A stretch of 54,289 nucleotides of DNA, from the IMG/VR virus record IMGVR_UViG_3300027969_004149, positions 1 through 54,289 of that record. One strand, written 5' to 3'. Below the pieces are notes generated by a model. The model saw only the letters and a list, made by a program, of their open reading frames with translations, ran no database searches and was not told where the DNA came from. Each line of letters begins with the position of its first letter. Within the stretch, counting starts at the first letter, position 1. The DNA is from a virus. Lineage: Duplodnaviria > Caudoviricetes. The translations under genes were made by a program, and so were the position numbers. Shown piece by piece: positions 7,791 to 18,248 of this stretch.

Positions 7791-9185
7791 ATGCCGTTAC
7801 AGATTCGCAGAGGCACCGACGCAGAAAGATTAGCAATGACACAGCCGCTAGCACAGGGCGAGCTGTTATTTGTTTCAACCCCAGGGGCTGAAAGATTATA
7901 CATCGGGAATGGTACAACATTAGGTGGTGTTCAAATCACCGGGTATACCAACGAAGATGCACAAGATGCCGCAGCTCAACTTTTCAGCAGCGGCACACAC
8001 ACCGGAATTACCTTTACATACAATGACGTAGCAGCCAGTATATCAGCTGTGGTCGATTTAGCTAATTATCAAGGCACCATAGGAGCAACTTCTTTTAAAG
8101 GATCTATTGTAGCTGACGATTCTACTTTATTAGTTGACGGAATTTCTGGAAGAATTGTTGGCCCAGTGTTTTCCAATGTTGTTGGCAATGTTACGGGAAC
8201 CTTAACTGGTAATGTTGTAGGTAATATTACCGGAGTAATAACAGGTACTGCAGGATCAACTATTACAGGTACGCTAACTGGAAGTTTATTAGGCACCAGT
8301 AGTGGACTGCATACCGGTGATGTAAAAGGTTCGATTTTCGGCGATGATTCTTCAATCATGGTGGACGTTATTGATAGAAGTGTATCTGCTAAAACAATAA
8401 TAGTTACAGATACTCTAGGTGGAGCTACTACGCACACTATTCAAGGAAATATCAACGACCTGTTTATAGGTACCGCAGCCAGTCCTACTTCAGTATTCAT
8501 GAATCTGGACACATCTCAAGAAGGTCTAATGCTAAGAGGTGTAACCACAGGAGGTGCTGGAGATCAACCGGTGCTGTCTTTTAGAGCTGCCAGAGGATCT
8601 ATAGCTTCTCCTACTATTGTTCAAGATTTAGATTCATTAGGATTAATAAGTTTCGACGGATGGACCGGTAACACAGGTACCCCTACTGGACACGCGAAAG
8701 CATCATTTATTGGTTCGTCTGTAGACGATCTATCAATTGTATCAGGTGATGCTACGATCGCTGCAACATTAGTTATGGGAAGTTATGCTGATACTGGCAC
8801 AGATGATTTATTTTATATGTTCAAAGGCGGAACCTTTTCAGCTTCTGCAATTGGATATCGCACAGGGTTTGGTGGAACAGTTACTCAAGGTACCAACAAG
8901 GCCACAGGTGTTACATTAAATAAAATCTGCGGACAGATAACACTCAATGCTGCATTGCTGGCTGCTAACACTACTGTTACGTTTACGCTAACCAACAGCA
9001 AAATAACTGCCGAGGATCATATATTAGTAACACATGTCAGCGGAGGAACACTAGGCGCATATGGAGTTGGTGGAATAGTTCCAGCGGCCGGCAGTGCTAC
9101 TCTCTACGTGAGAAATCTAACCAGCGGTGGGTTAAGCGAGGCTATTGTTTTAAAATATACTGTATTTTTAAGTGCTAATTCGTAA
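7791..9185 (+). CDS. virion fibre/structural protein
   Basis: AGGAG RBS and TAAATA at 7753. Mtd_N-like start LQIRRGT..GEL..LYIGNG, G-x-x-T repeats, two GS.x.DDS..VD repeats, Gly/Thr rich. Confidence 0.7.
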   Translation: MPLQIRRGTDAERLAMTQPLAQGELLFVSTPGAERLYIGNGTTLGGVQITGYTNEDAQDAAAQLFSSGTHTGITFTYNDVAASISAVVDLANYQGTIGATSFKGSIVADDSTLLVDGISGRIVGPVFSNVVGNVTGTLTGNVVGNITGVITGTAGSTITGTLTGSLLGTSSGLHTGDVKGSIFGDDSSIMVDVIDRSVSAKTIIVTDTLGGATTHTIQGNINDLFIGTAASPTSVFMNLDTSQEGLMLRGVTTGGAGDQPVLSFRAARGSIASPTIVQDLDSLGLISFDGWTGNTGTPTGHAKASFIGSSVDDLSIVSGDATIAATLVMGSYADTGTDDLFYMFKGGTFSASAIGYRTGFGGTVTQGTNKATGVTLNKICGQITLNAALLAANTTVTFTLTNSKITAEDHILVTHVSGGTLGAYGVGGIVPAAGSATLYVRNLTSGGLSEAIVLKYTVFLSANS

Positions 9186-9785
9186 AGAATATTTGAAAGC
9201 ATCTATATCACGTTCGTGTAATTTAGCAATTAATTTAATACTCTGATCGTTGAAATAGTTTTTAAATTCCCAGTGATCGTATTCACTAATGTCAGGCAAA
9301 GGAATATTGCATTTTAGATATTCCTTTATCTTTTTAAAGTCTTGTTCTAAATTTTCTGCTTTACAGACAAAATCAACGTGCTCATCGTTCACGTGAATAA
9401 AATCTATTTGATTGGTAAATCGAGTAAACCATCGAGGAAAATTAAATTCTATTTCTGGGTTACAGTAATCTGCAACCCATTCGTTGATAGGTTTCAAATC
9501 TAATAGAGTTTGATTGTTCCAATCTAACCAATAGCCTTCTGTGCTGACTTTACGATACAAGCTGTACACACGCTGCCAGGGATTTCGTACCACACTCATG
9601 GTTTTAGCATAGGGATAATGTTCTTTTATCATACCCAAGTGAGGGTGATCAATCATCCACGGATCGGTATCACTAACATTGAAATTAGGTTTGAGCCAAT
9701 CTGAAATAATTTTCTTCATGGCCATGCCTGTGCGGGGAACATGCACGTATGCTAACGAAGGACGACTGATATAAAAAGTACCCAT
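9168..9785 (-). CDS. sulfotransferase family 2-like protein
   Basis: YVHVPRTG (HIPKTG-like PAPS loop), VVRNPWQRVYSLY, ENLEQDF, DIDAFKY. Confidence 0.75.
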   Translation of the reverse strand: MGTFYISRPSLAYVHVPRTGMAMKKIISDWLKPNFNVSDTDPWMIDHPHLGMIKEHYPYAKTMSVVRNPWQRVYSLYRKVSTEGYWLDWNNQTLLDLKPINEWVADYCNPEIEFNFPRWFTRFTNQIDFIHVNDEHVDFVCKAENLEQDFKKIKEYLKCNIPLPDISEYDHWEFKNYFNDQSIKLIAKLHERDIDAFKYSLRIST

Positions 9786-10555
9786 TATTTTATTTTTATC
9801 AACTGTATTAATCTTCCCATTAGATCCCACTCCCACCACTTCTCTCCGGAGTGCCAACGAACACCGTGTGCATGATGATTATTGTGCCATCCGTCACCGA
9901 GGCTAACAATATTCGCTAGCCAACTGTTGGTACTTCGATCATTGGTTTCGTGATTTCTATATCCGTGCCCGTGTCCTAACACGTTCACTACTCCTATCAG
10001 ATGTACAGTCATGCTGGCTGGAACCACATATACAAATAACCAAAGCAACGGGTCTATTACAAATAAAATCAAGGAAAACACAAAAATTATTTTAAAATAA
10101 TGTTTAAAAATAAACTTATGCGTGGGGCTTCTCATAAGGTCTTTGACATAGGCCACAGGTATGTGTGGTATGTTCCAATCATATCCCCACCATACTTTTA
10201 ATGCTTGCATCCAATTCCATTTACCGTTGATATAAGGACTGTGTGGGTCTCCGTCTTTGTCCGATGCTGCGTGATGCTGACGATGTAATGCTACCCAACT
10301 GATAGTAGGCCCTACTGTGGATATCACTGAAATGTAACTCAGAGTTGTTTCTAACCATTCATATGTCTTGAAACTTCTGTGTGTGAGTAGTCTATGCAGT
10401 GTGATCACCGAACTGATAGGCCCGATAACTAGCCATGCTACTAATGCTATCATCAGCAACCAATACTGTTGAGTGATCACAGCATACACAATAGATGGCA
10501 AGGCCACAATATGATTAAAAGTTTGTAGCAGTCTAATTTTTGAATCTAAATTCAT
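9785..10555 (-). CDS. membrane fatty acid (acyl-lipid/acyl-CoA) desaturase
   Basis: His boxes HRLLTH, HRQHH and HNNHH; DPHSP; hydrophobic helices. Confidence 0.9.
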   Translation of the reverse strand: MNLDSKIRLLQTFNHIVALPSIVYAVITQQYWLLMIALVAWLVIGPISSVITLHRLLTHRSFKTYEWLETTLSYISVISTVGPTISWVALHRQHHAASDKDGDPHSPYINGKWNWMQALKVWWGYDWNIPHIPVAYVKDLMRSPTHKFIFKHYFKIIFVFSLILFVIDPLLWLFVYVVPASMTVHLIGVVNVLGHGHGYRNHETNDRSTNSWLANIVSLGDGWHNNHHAHGVRWHSGEKWWEWDLMGRLIQLIKIK

Positions 10556-11166
10556 TTGCCCTCCGGCAGCATATTCCATTCTTGATCATTGATAATGATA
10601 GGATTCCAATTTTCAAAAGCACGTTCACTGATATTTCTATAGACAAAATTTTGCCAACATTTTTGTACCGGCCACGGACAGGTTTGTATGTACCCAACCC
10701 CGTGCTGCCATTGATGATCACTAGCTGTGTCCATGTGCTGCTTCCAAATATCCCACCAACGTTTTCCACCTCTTGGTCTATTCTGCATGGTTATTAAATA
10801 GCACTCAAAGTTATTGTCTGCAATAAGTCGATCAATCAAACTACAGGTTACTCTAAACCCGTCAGTCATATCAGTGTGTGTCATACGAAACTCAGGAAAA
10901 GTATACAAACGATTAATCATTTTAGCTACATTGGACGGATATCTTTCATCATTGAAAACTCCCCCCATAACCATGGGCTTTCCTGTGCTAACTTGATACA
11001 CCACACCATACCCGTGGTGATCTTCTATTCTTAAATTGTCCTGAGTATAATTATATCTGAGCCAATTATTTTCCTCAAGGCATTGTTTTCTAACCTGTTC
11101 AAACTCATTATTAGATTGGTAGTACACAACTATGTGTGTGTCTTTTAAATCGTATCTGCTGTACAT
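10552..11166 (-). CDS. hypothetical protein, possibly GNAT-fold acyltransferase
   Basis: INRLYTFPEFR resembles GNAT motif A. Confidence 0.4.
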   Translation of the reverse strand: MYSRYDLKDTHIVVYYQSNNEFEQVRKQCLEENNWLRYNYTQDNLRIEDHHGYGVVYQVSTGKPMVMGGVFNDERYPSNVAKMINRLYTFPEFRMTHTDMTDGFRVTCSLIDRLIADNNFECYLITMQNRPRGGKRWWDIWKQHMDTASDHQWQHGVGYIQTCPWPVQKCWQNFVYRNISERAFENWNPIIINDQEWNMLPEGK

Positions 11167-11173
11167 AGAAAAT

Positions 11174-11187
11174 TATTTACTTAAATA
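11174..11187. promoter_or_regulatory. divergent TAAATA pair
   Basis: TATTTA 11174-11179 (minus strand) and TAAATA 11182-11187 (plus) in a 38-bp divergent spacer. Confidence 0.6.
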
Positions 11188-11204
11188 TTTCAAAGGACGA
11201 GTAC

Positions 11205-11834
11205 ATGCTGGCTAATGCCGTAACTAGATTAAATTTTTCCGTGAAACTGGATTCTCTGAGAGAATATTATCACACGTTGGTCAACGAGTACGATCAGTTG
11301 AAATGGTGCTGGGATAGACACGGAAATGAAATCACACAAGAATGGCGTGAACGTATGATGCTGGATCAAAGCACACTGCTGCCTTATGGTTGGGCCATAC
11401 AAAGCAATTTGGTTGATCCTAAAGTTCCTTGCCCCCCTTATAACATCAGCACACACCCTAGGTGTGAATATCGTAACACTGAACTGGCCTTTGGATTGGT
11501 AACTACACTACAGACTTTGATGCCTTATACATATCGATGGAGTTTGGTTGTACAGCCAGCTGGAGGAAAAGTTTCAAGGCATGTGGATCAAGGAGACGAA
11601 TACACCGGACATATTCCAATATATGAAGCAAAACAATCAGTATTCAAATTCTGGGATCTAGAAGGCAATAGAAAAGATTTCACTATGTCAGCCGACGGCG
11701 GTGTTTATTTGGTAGATACCATAATAGAACACGAAACAGAAAACTACGATGTTGATGACAGAGTAGGTCTAGTTTTTAGATTTAAGAGAGACATGTTACC
11801 TGAATTGTTAAAACTGCAAGGTCAAATATCTTGA
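11205..11834 (+). CDS. AspH-like 2OG-Fe(II) oxygenase
   Basis: GGKVSRHVD, HIPI, EHETEN, RVGLV. Confidence 0.7.
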   Translation: MLANAVTRLNFSVKLDSLREYYHTLVNEYDQLKWCWDRHGNEITQEWRERMMLDQSTLLPYGWAIQSNLVDPKVPCPPYNISTHPRCEYRNTELAFGLVTTLQTLMPYTYRWSLVVQPAGGKVSRHVDQGDEYTGHIPIYEAKQSVFKFWDLEGNRKDFTMSADGGVYLVDTIIEHETENYDVDDRVGLVFRFKRDMLPELLKLQGQIS

Positions 11835-12469
11835 CTGTAATTTACACACCCATCGATATCGAGTTTGACATGCCTGCCGAACAAGAAATCATTGATTGGT
11901 TTCATGCTAATAAGATCACTGATACAGACTATTGGGAATATGAAGAGGGCAGACACGAATGGTGTTATGTTGCCCTACGCAAAGAACCCAGCAACTGGCA
12001 CACATACGAAGCATGGCTAGACTGGGCTAAAGAAAGAAAGCCTATAGACGATGCTGGATTGGTATTTCATCCAGGATTTGAAGAAGCATTTCCTGGATTA
12101 GCAAAGTGTGTGCGTGAGTTACCGTTTGATCAAATTGGCACCAGCGGCTTTATCATGCAGATAGGAACTATTCCTCCTCACAAAGATGCATTTTATGATA
12201 TCGCCGAACCACGAAGGTATGTGATATATGTCACCGATCCTGCATACAATACATTTCATTTTGTACATAACGGTAAAAAGATATGGCCTGAGATAGATCC
12301 TAAATATCGTTGTTTTGCATTTAACAACACTGACGTGGAACATGCTGCTGATCCTACTAACAGAACCAAGATATTGTTAAGCACAGTTGGTATAATGAAT
12401 AAAGAAAAACACGAAGCATTACTACAGCGTAGTATAGAAAAGTTTACAGATAAAGTTATACGAATATGA
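11831..12469 (+). CDS. 2OG-Fe(II) oxygenase-like protein
   Basis: IPPHKD ... FNNTDVEHAA. Confidence 0.6.
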   Translation: MTVIYTPIDIEFDMPAEQEIIDWFHANKITDTDYWEYEEGRHEWCYVALRKEPSNWHTYEAWLDWAKERKPIDDAGLVFHPGFEEAFPGLAKCVRELPFDQIGTSGFIMQIGTIPPHKDAFYDIAEPRRYVIYVTDPAYNTFHFVHNGKKIWPEIDPKYRCFAFNNTDVEHAADPTNRTKILLSTVGIMNKEKHEALLQRSIEKFTDKVIRI

Positions 12470-13155
12470 AATTAAACTACTACTGGAATGGTGTGCCGGG
12501 TATAGGATTATGTAGAAACAATTTAATTTATACCAGTCTAATGTCCGATGATAAGAAAACATTTGTCCAATGGTATTATAACGATCCTGAATATCACAAG
12601 GGGCAGAATGAGGTAATTGATCCTAGCAAGATGGAAGAAAAATGGTTGCGAGAAGTTAACTATCTAACACAGATGCGTAACCGTTATCCTGAGTTAATTC
12701 CTAAAATCATCCTAATAGAATTAGATGCGAAAAAACTTTATTTAGAAGTTGACGGTGTAGATTTCTGGAACAGAGCAGAGTGCAGTATTGACAACTATGA
12801 TAAAGTATTACCAGACTGGCAAGATCAAATGTTAAACATAATTCAAGCGCATAAGTCACTAGGGTTATATAAGTTTAGTATGCACCCTAGCAGTTATTTT
12901 ATAGTAGACGGCAAATTAAAAAGTATCAACTATTTTTTTACATATGCAGCTCATGAAGGTCCTATCAGTATTGCAGATCACGCCAGCCATATCTACAGTA
13001 CTAGACAAGACATAATGCGTACACAAATAGAACAGATGGGATTAAGTTGGGATAAACCAGAATCATTAAAGACACTACAGATGCTGTGTTTTGAAAGTTT
13101 TAGAACAAATTATCCAGATGAATTTATAAACAAGGCCAAGAAAATTTATGATTAA
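12466..13155 (+). CDS. hypothetical protein, protein-kinase-like fold suspected
   Basis: REVNYL..IPKII..LYLE; MHPSSYFIVDGKLKSINYF resembles the catalytic-loop/DFG region. Confidence 0.45.
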   Translation: MKLNYYWNGVPGIGLCRNNLIYTSLMSDDKKTFVQWYYNDPEYHKGQNEVIDPSKMEEKWLREVNYLTQMRNRYPELIPKIILIELDAKKLYLEVDGVDFWNRAECSIDNYDKVLPDWQDQMLNIIQAHKSLGLYKFSMHPSSYFIVDGKLKSINYFFTYAAHEGPISIADHASHIYSTRQDIMRTQIEQMGLSWDKPESLKTLQMLCFESFRTNYPDEFINKAKKIYD

Positions 13156-14383
13156 TAAAAAAGAATTGTTAGAGTCTAAACACTTCTGCATCTTACCTTT
13201 TATTAGTTCTCGTGTTTGGCATAGCCTAGTGGTGCCTTGCTGTATTAATCATGACGAAATATTTGGCATTAGTACTCAGCAATCTCTAGATGAGATTTAT
13301 TCAAATAACAATACAAAATTAACAAGTTTTCGTAAACAACTGTTGAATGGTCCGACGTTGCCCAACAGCTGTTCGAGATGTAGTGATTGCGAACAATCTA
13401 ATGTTACTAGCTTGCGACAATCTGCTAATCAAAAATGGTCACACACATTTGATAAATTAGAATTCAATGATACGGGTGATTTAAAAGAAAATAAATTTTA
13501 CCTATGGGACGGAGTTGGCTACAGTAATCTATGCAATCTAAAATGTAGGATGTGCCCTAGCTACCTTAGCTCACGTACACGAGAGGAAGAAGTAGCTAAT
13601 GGAATCGGTACTAAATCTATTTCTCCGATGCAGCAGGCATTCTTAGACAAGCACAATCTTAAAGGTGATCCCAATGAAATACTAATTGAATCATTCCGAG
13701 ACATTGATCTTTTCTATAAATTCTTTGATCAACATGTTGAATTTATAGAAGAAATTAAATTCGAAGGCGGTGAGCCTATGATGATGGAACAACATTTTCG
13801 AATATTGGAATTACTAATAGAAAAAAATAAAACTAATATTAGATTACAGTATAATACTAATATGACCCGTCTAAAATTTAAACATTATAATATTTTAGAT
13901 CTTTGGAAAGAATTTAATTCAGTTACTGTACAAGTAAGTTTAGATGCTGTCGGTGAACAAAATTATTATATAAGACATCCATCAAATTGGTTAGAAATAC
14001 TTGAAAATATCGATCAGGTAAGGAAAGAATGTCCACACGTGGGTTTGAGTATATATACGACTATACAAATACTAAACTGTTTTGCTGCTAGCAAGTTACA
14101 CGATTGGTGCAACAACAACAATCTCGAACATAGGTTTGTATTTCTTAAACACCCGTCTTGTATGAGTTTATATACCCTACCTAACAGTTACAAAGAACGG
14201 GTCAAACAGCATTGGGAGAGATACGAATCAAATACCGAAGTGGATGGATTTTTAAGGATGATGTGGGTCAACGATAATTCAAATGAGATTACTGAATTTT
14301 TAACAACTATAGAAGAGAGAGATAAAATTAGAAACGAATCGTTGTTAGCGACCTTTCCAGAATTTAAGGAATTATATGATTAA
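13148..14383 (+). CDS. radical SAM protein with N-terminal twitch/SPASM-like Cys domain
   Basis: CNLKCRMC, FEGGEP, YNTN; N-terminal C..PF..CC..CxxC. Confidence 0.9.
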   Translation: MINKKELLESKHFCILPFISSRVWHSLVVPCCINHDEIFGISTQQSLDEIYSNNNTKLTSFRKQLLNGPTLPNSCSRCSDCEQSNVTSLRQSANQKWSHTFDKLEFNDTGDLKENKFYLWDGVGYSNLCNLKCRMCPSYLSSRTREEEVANGIGTKSISPMQQAFLDKHNLKGDPNEILIESFRDIDLFYKFFDQHVEFIEEIKFEGGEPMMMEQHFRILELLIEKNKTNIRLQYNTNMTRLKFKHYNILDLWKEFNSVTVQVSLDAVGEQNYYIRHPSNWLEILENIDQVRKECPHVGLSIYTTIQILNCFAASKLHDWCNNNNLEHRFVFLKHPSCMSLYTLPNSYKERVKQHWERYESNTEVDGFLRMMWVNDNSNEITEFLTTIEERDKIRNESLLATFPEFKELYD

Positions 14384-15173
14384 AGGTATTAACAACCAGC
14401 CATACATTGATATGACTCCATACCTTGACATGGATACATTTGATCATTTACAACCCGAAATACTTCGAGGTTTTGCAGATGCTCGAGAATTTGCCAAAGA
14501 AGGCACATGGATGAAGCCTGCTTTTAAAATAGAAGACATGAGTTATATTCCAAATTGGAAACCTATCTACAAAGCAATAGAAGAATTTTTAGCATTACCT
14601 GACGATAATCCTATCAAACAGGGCGGCATTGATCTATATAGAGACTTCCAGGATTTTACAGTACGCAATAGATTTACCCGATACATTAAAATGGCCATGG
14701 GAGCATACGATCCTTACATTTATTACTTCCTGTGGGAACAGGGCAGTTGGGATGATCGAAGTGCTACTAGAAAACTCACGCCCGAAGCCGCCCATTTTCC
14801 AGGAACAGTTGCGTGGGTAGAAAACTTAATCACCTCAGGAATATTTGAAAATATCGGACGAGTAATATTCTTTCATTGTGAAGCGGGTGGCGTTCCTTTT
14901 GAGCATAGAGATTTGGACGGCGAAAAAGGATTGCAACAAGGATATACCGATAATGTAAACGAGTTCATACACATACGACCGAACACAAAGAAACCTTTTT
15001 ATTTGTGGGATCCAGAAACTAGGAATCATACCTACATCAATAGTCGTGCTGCATGGTGGAATGATCAAGACTGGCACGGCGGTAATGCTACCATGGAACA
15101 GAGCTACGGATTACGTATCGATGGTAAATTTACAGAAGAATTTAAATTACTTATAGCCAGTAAAGGTCAATAA
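14376..15173 (+). CDS. 2OG-Fe(II) oxygenase-like protein
   Basis: PFEHRD, WNDQDWHG, LRIDG. Confidence 0.6.
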   Translation: MIKGINNQPYIDMTPYLDMDTFDHLQPEILRGFADAREFAKEGTWMKPAFKIEDMSYIPNWKPIYKAIEEFLALPDDNPIKQGGIDLYRDFQDFTVRNRFTRYIKMAMGAYDPYIYYFLWEQGSWDDRSATRKLTPEAAHFPGTVAWVENLITSGIFENIGRVIFFHCEAGGVPFEHRDLDGEKGLQQGYTDNVNEFIHIRPNTKKPFYLWDPETRNHTYINSRAAWWNDQDWHGGNATMEQSYGLRIDGKFTEEFKLLIASKGQ

Positions 15174-15692
15174 AAACTTAGGTGCCAATCCTACATTAGA
15201 CCCTGCATGCCAAGCGTGTAAATCAGCGTATTGATATATGCTACCTTGCTGTTCCATATAGTATGCATCGTCGGCTGTGACAAATACATGTCCTGCTGAG
15301 GGCTTACTTAAAAAACAAAAATATCTCACAAGTGTGCCTAGTTGTTCGTGTTCTTTTTCCCAAGGATTAATATCCCAATGCCACGGTGTGCATTTGCCTG
15401 GCCTTATTTCACTGACCCAACACATCAACGGTTTAGCATTAACTGCCATACTAATAACAAGTTCATAGTTTTTGTGAAAATGTACACCTGATTGATAGTG
15501 GCGATACTCTACAGTATGCTCATCATAGCCTACAGATTTTAACATTTCAGTTTGATTAAGGTATTCGTTGTAGTATGGATTATCTTTAGGTAGTTCCATG
15601 TGACCGTGACTAGGTTCAACTGTATGGGTGCTGATCTCTGTAATTAAACTTTCACATAGCGGGGCAGTAAGTGTAGATACATAAAGTTTCAT
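15147..15692 (-). CDS. 2OG-Fe(II) oxygenase-like protein
   Basis: PGKCTPWHWD, GHVF, WHAGSNVG. Confidence 0.7.
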   Translation of the reverse strand: MKLYVSTLTAPLCESLITEISTHTVEPSHGHMELPKDNPYYNEYLNQTEMLKSVGYDEHTVEYRHYQSGVHFHKNYELVISMAVNAKPLMCWVSEIRPGKCTPWHWDINPWEKEHEQLGTLVRYFCFLSKPSAGHVFVTADDAYYMEQQGSIYQYADLHAWHAGSNVGLAPKFLLTFTGYK

Positions 15693-16354
15693 AATAGTGA
15701 AAACTCCGCTGGCAAAATACTGTTAAACAGATCTAATTTATTTTTTTCTATATTAAACTTTACTGTGATGGGTGAATATGAAAAATTGTTTATATAACCC
15801 AACTTGTTTGCATGGTTAAGCCACGGGCTCAATGTATTGTCAAATATAAATCTAGCATCGTCGGTGTTAGATACAGTCGAAGATAGTGCTATCTCTACCG
15901 GATCTAATAGTTCATTCTTTTTTAGTAAATGTCTGACTACCAATTGTACTCTAGCACATCTACCAAAATTAGTAGCGGTGTGTAGTAGTCCGGCATTCAT
16001 GTTATACCAAATGCCATCCTGCTCAAGCGGAAACATCTGTTCTCTAACTAAATCTATAAGATAACATGCTTCACCTTGTATGTTAAGATGATATCTGTCG
16101 TCTATATCTGCATGAGTTTGATAACATTGATTATGATCTAAAATAATAATTCTTGCTTCGCCTTTGATCACAGGCAGCGAATTGTAAAGAGTCTCCCAAA
16201 CAGTGCCTCTATATTCATCCTTTAAAACCCACGGATCATAAAAGAAGTTACCAGTGGGTTGATTGATAGTGGTTTTCATTTTATCGTGTATCAATCGGTT
16301 GCGTGCCTCTTGAAAAAAAGATGTATCGACTGTATAATTTGTTTTGGATAGCAT
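15689..16354 (-). CDS. AspH-like 2OG-Fe(II) oxygenase
   Basis: YQTHAD, RYHLNI, LHTATNFG..R. Confidence 0.65.
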   Translation of the reverse strand: MLSKTNYTVDTSFFQEARNRLIHDKMKTTINQPTGNFFYDPWVLKDEYRGTVWETLYNSLPVIKGEARIIILDHNQCYQTHADIDDRYHLNIQGEACYLIDLVREQMFPLEQDGIWYNMNAGLLHTATNFGRCARVQLVVRHLLKKNELLDPVEIALSSTVSNTDDARFIFDNTLSPWLNHANKLGYINNFSYSPITVKFNIEKNKLDLFNSILPAEFSLL

Positions 16355-16359
16355 GGAAA

Positions 16360-16389
16360 TATTTACCCTTTAAACCATGCATATAAATA
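16360..16389. promoter_or_regulatory. divergent TAAATA pair
   Basis: TATTTA 16360-16365 and TATAAATA 16382-16389, 5 and 4 nt from the respective start codons. Confidence 0.65.
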
Positions 16390-16393
16390 TTTC

Positions 16394-17053
16394 ATGGACA
16401 TTATAGACCAAGCAACAGAGATACTTAGAAAACCCATCGGTTGGATAGAGCTTGATATTGAGTTTGACCTTGATGCGTGGCAGCAAGAAGCAGCACAAGC
16501 TCAACCATTTTTGGTAGAACACCGAGAAGGTGACGGACACGAAGGTTGGCGTAGCTGTTGTCTTCACGGTATAGATTGGGATAAAACTGGTCATTGGTCT
16601 CGGTATGACAACGTCGAATCAGATTTAATTTATCGATGGACCAAGGTGTCGCAGCTCACACCCTGCATCACTGAATTTTGGAAAACATTTCCCACTGAAA
16701 GATTTGCCAGATTGCGATTCATGGAGTTGGCAGCAGGTGGTCATATAGCGGCTCACAACGATTCCCCAGGGGGAGTAAAGAACACAGAATTTGACATGAT
16801 GGATCACATGATTCCGATCAACGTAGCAATAACACATCCCAAAGATTGTAATATGCAGTTAGAGGGATACGGTACTGTACCTTTCTCTAAAGGGAAAGCA
16901 TTCATTGTTAACATCACAAATACACATTCAGTTATAAATCACAGCGATCAACCCAGAATGCATATGATCGCTCATTGCGTTATAGGTAACAAGAAAAAAG
17001 AATTTGCAGAATTAGTTGTTCGAAGTTATAATAAACAAAATGAACGTAGTTAA
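16394..17053 (+). CDS. AspH-like 2OG-Fe(II) oxygenase
   Basis: RFMELAAGGHIAAHND, THSVINHSDQPRMHMI. Confidence 0.8.
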   Translation: MDIIDQATEILRKPIGWIELDIEFDLDAWQQEAAQAQPFLVEHREGDGHEGWRSCCLHGIDWDKTGHWSRYDNVESDLIYRWTKVSQLTPCITEFWKTFPTERFARLRFMELAAGGHIAAHNDSPGGVKNTEFDMMDHMIPINVAITHPKDCNMQLEGYGTVPFSKGKAFIVNITNTHSVINHSDQPRMHMIAHCVIGNKKKEFAELVVRSYNKQNERS

Positions 17054-18248
17054 ATTTCAGAATTTTAAGAAACCTATAGTATTTTGTATAGTTGATAATA
17101 CACATATCTATACCAGTGAATGGTCAAAAGAACTGATTAAAAATGTATCCGACTTTACTATTTCAAATACATTTTCAAAAGGATACGATATATTGCAGGG
17201 GCAAGATGAGGATGCACTATTACAGATAGCCTGTGATCAAAAATATCAAGCTGCTGTAATATTCTCTACTGGTACAGAATTTATCAACGGTGATAGTTTC
17301 TATAATGAGATAGAAAAACTACATAAAGAAAAAGTGTTTATCGCAGGCCACATTTTAGATCGAGCAGATGCATATTATGAACTGCATCATCAATGCTACT
17401 ATATTGACCTAGACATATATCAACAGGTGGGAAGCCCTCGAATAGGAAAACAACAGTTAGGTATTAAACATCGCAAAATAAAACCTCGGCGCAGTAGTGA
17501 TAATATACACGATGATTATACTCCAACGTGGGTGTCTGGTGGCGAAGATGAAACAGACTATAATCACAAAATGCATGGACATAATGTATTAAGTGTAGCA
17601 TTTGATCGTGAAATTTCTGTAGTGGTATTTGACAATAATATACGTCAACATAAAAAACATTATTACCCAGAAAACCAACAGGAATTTATAAATCATATAC
17701 AATGGGCATACCAAAGGTTTAATTTTTGTTCAACAGAGTTTGTGCATACCAATCATACCGAGAATATCAACTTTCAAAATCAAGTGTTTGAACAGTTTTT
17801 TGTGCCGGCCAGTGGAGCATGGTGGCAAACTATGGTTAATAAATCAAAGCCAGTTACTGTGGTGATCTATGACTATAATCAAAAGGCCTTGGACTATTGG
17901 GAAATTCATAAACCGAACATCCCTAATGTCACTTATGTGTTTTTAAAAATAGATCTACTCACAGACATATATGATTTCAATCACTTTGATAAGGCACTAC
18001 CTACCTTAATAAATTTATCAAACATCTATGCCTATGAAGCCACTAGTATTTTATACAGTCTAGAGCAGAGATTATTCAAAGAAAATGCAATGATCACGAC
18101 TATTAAAAATCACTTTTCATCTGCAACTATTAATTTTTCATTGCGGGCATCTACCGGATTTACCGATAGTAATTTATATCATGATATTTCTACAATAGAC
18201 ATTCAACAACTGGTTAAGCCTACATGGCATTGCAAGGACTGGCTATGA
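17040..18248 (+). CDS. hypothetical protein
   Basis: Long ORF overlapping both neighbours; no recognised motif. Confidence 0.75.
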   Translation: MNVVKFQNFKKPIVFCIVDNTHIYTSEWSKELIKNVSDFTISNTFSKGYDILQGQDEDALLQIACDQKYQAAVIFSTGTEFINGDSFYNEIEKLHKEKVFIAGHILDRADAYYELHHQCYYIDLDIYQQVGSPRIGKQQLGIKHRKIKPRRSSDNIHDDYTPTWVSGGEDETDYNHKMHGHNVLSVAFDREISVVVFDNNIRQHKKHYYPENQQEFINHIQWAYQRFNFCSTEFVHTNHTENINFQNQVFEQFFVPASGAWWQTMVNKSKPVTVVIYDYNQKALDYWEIHKPNIPNVTYVFLKIDLLTDIYDFNHFDKALPTLINLSNIYAYEATSILYSLEQRLFKENAMITTIKNHFSSATINFSLRASTGFTDSNLYHDISTIDIQQLVKPTWHCKDWL

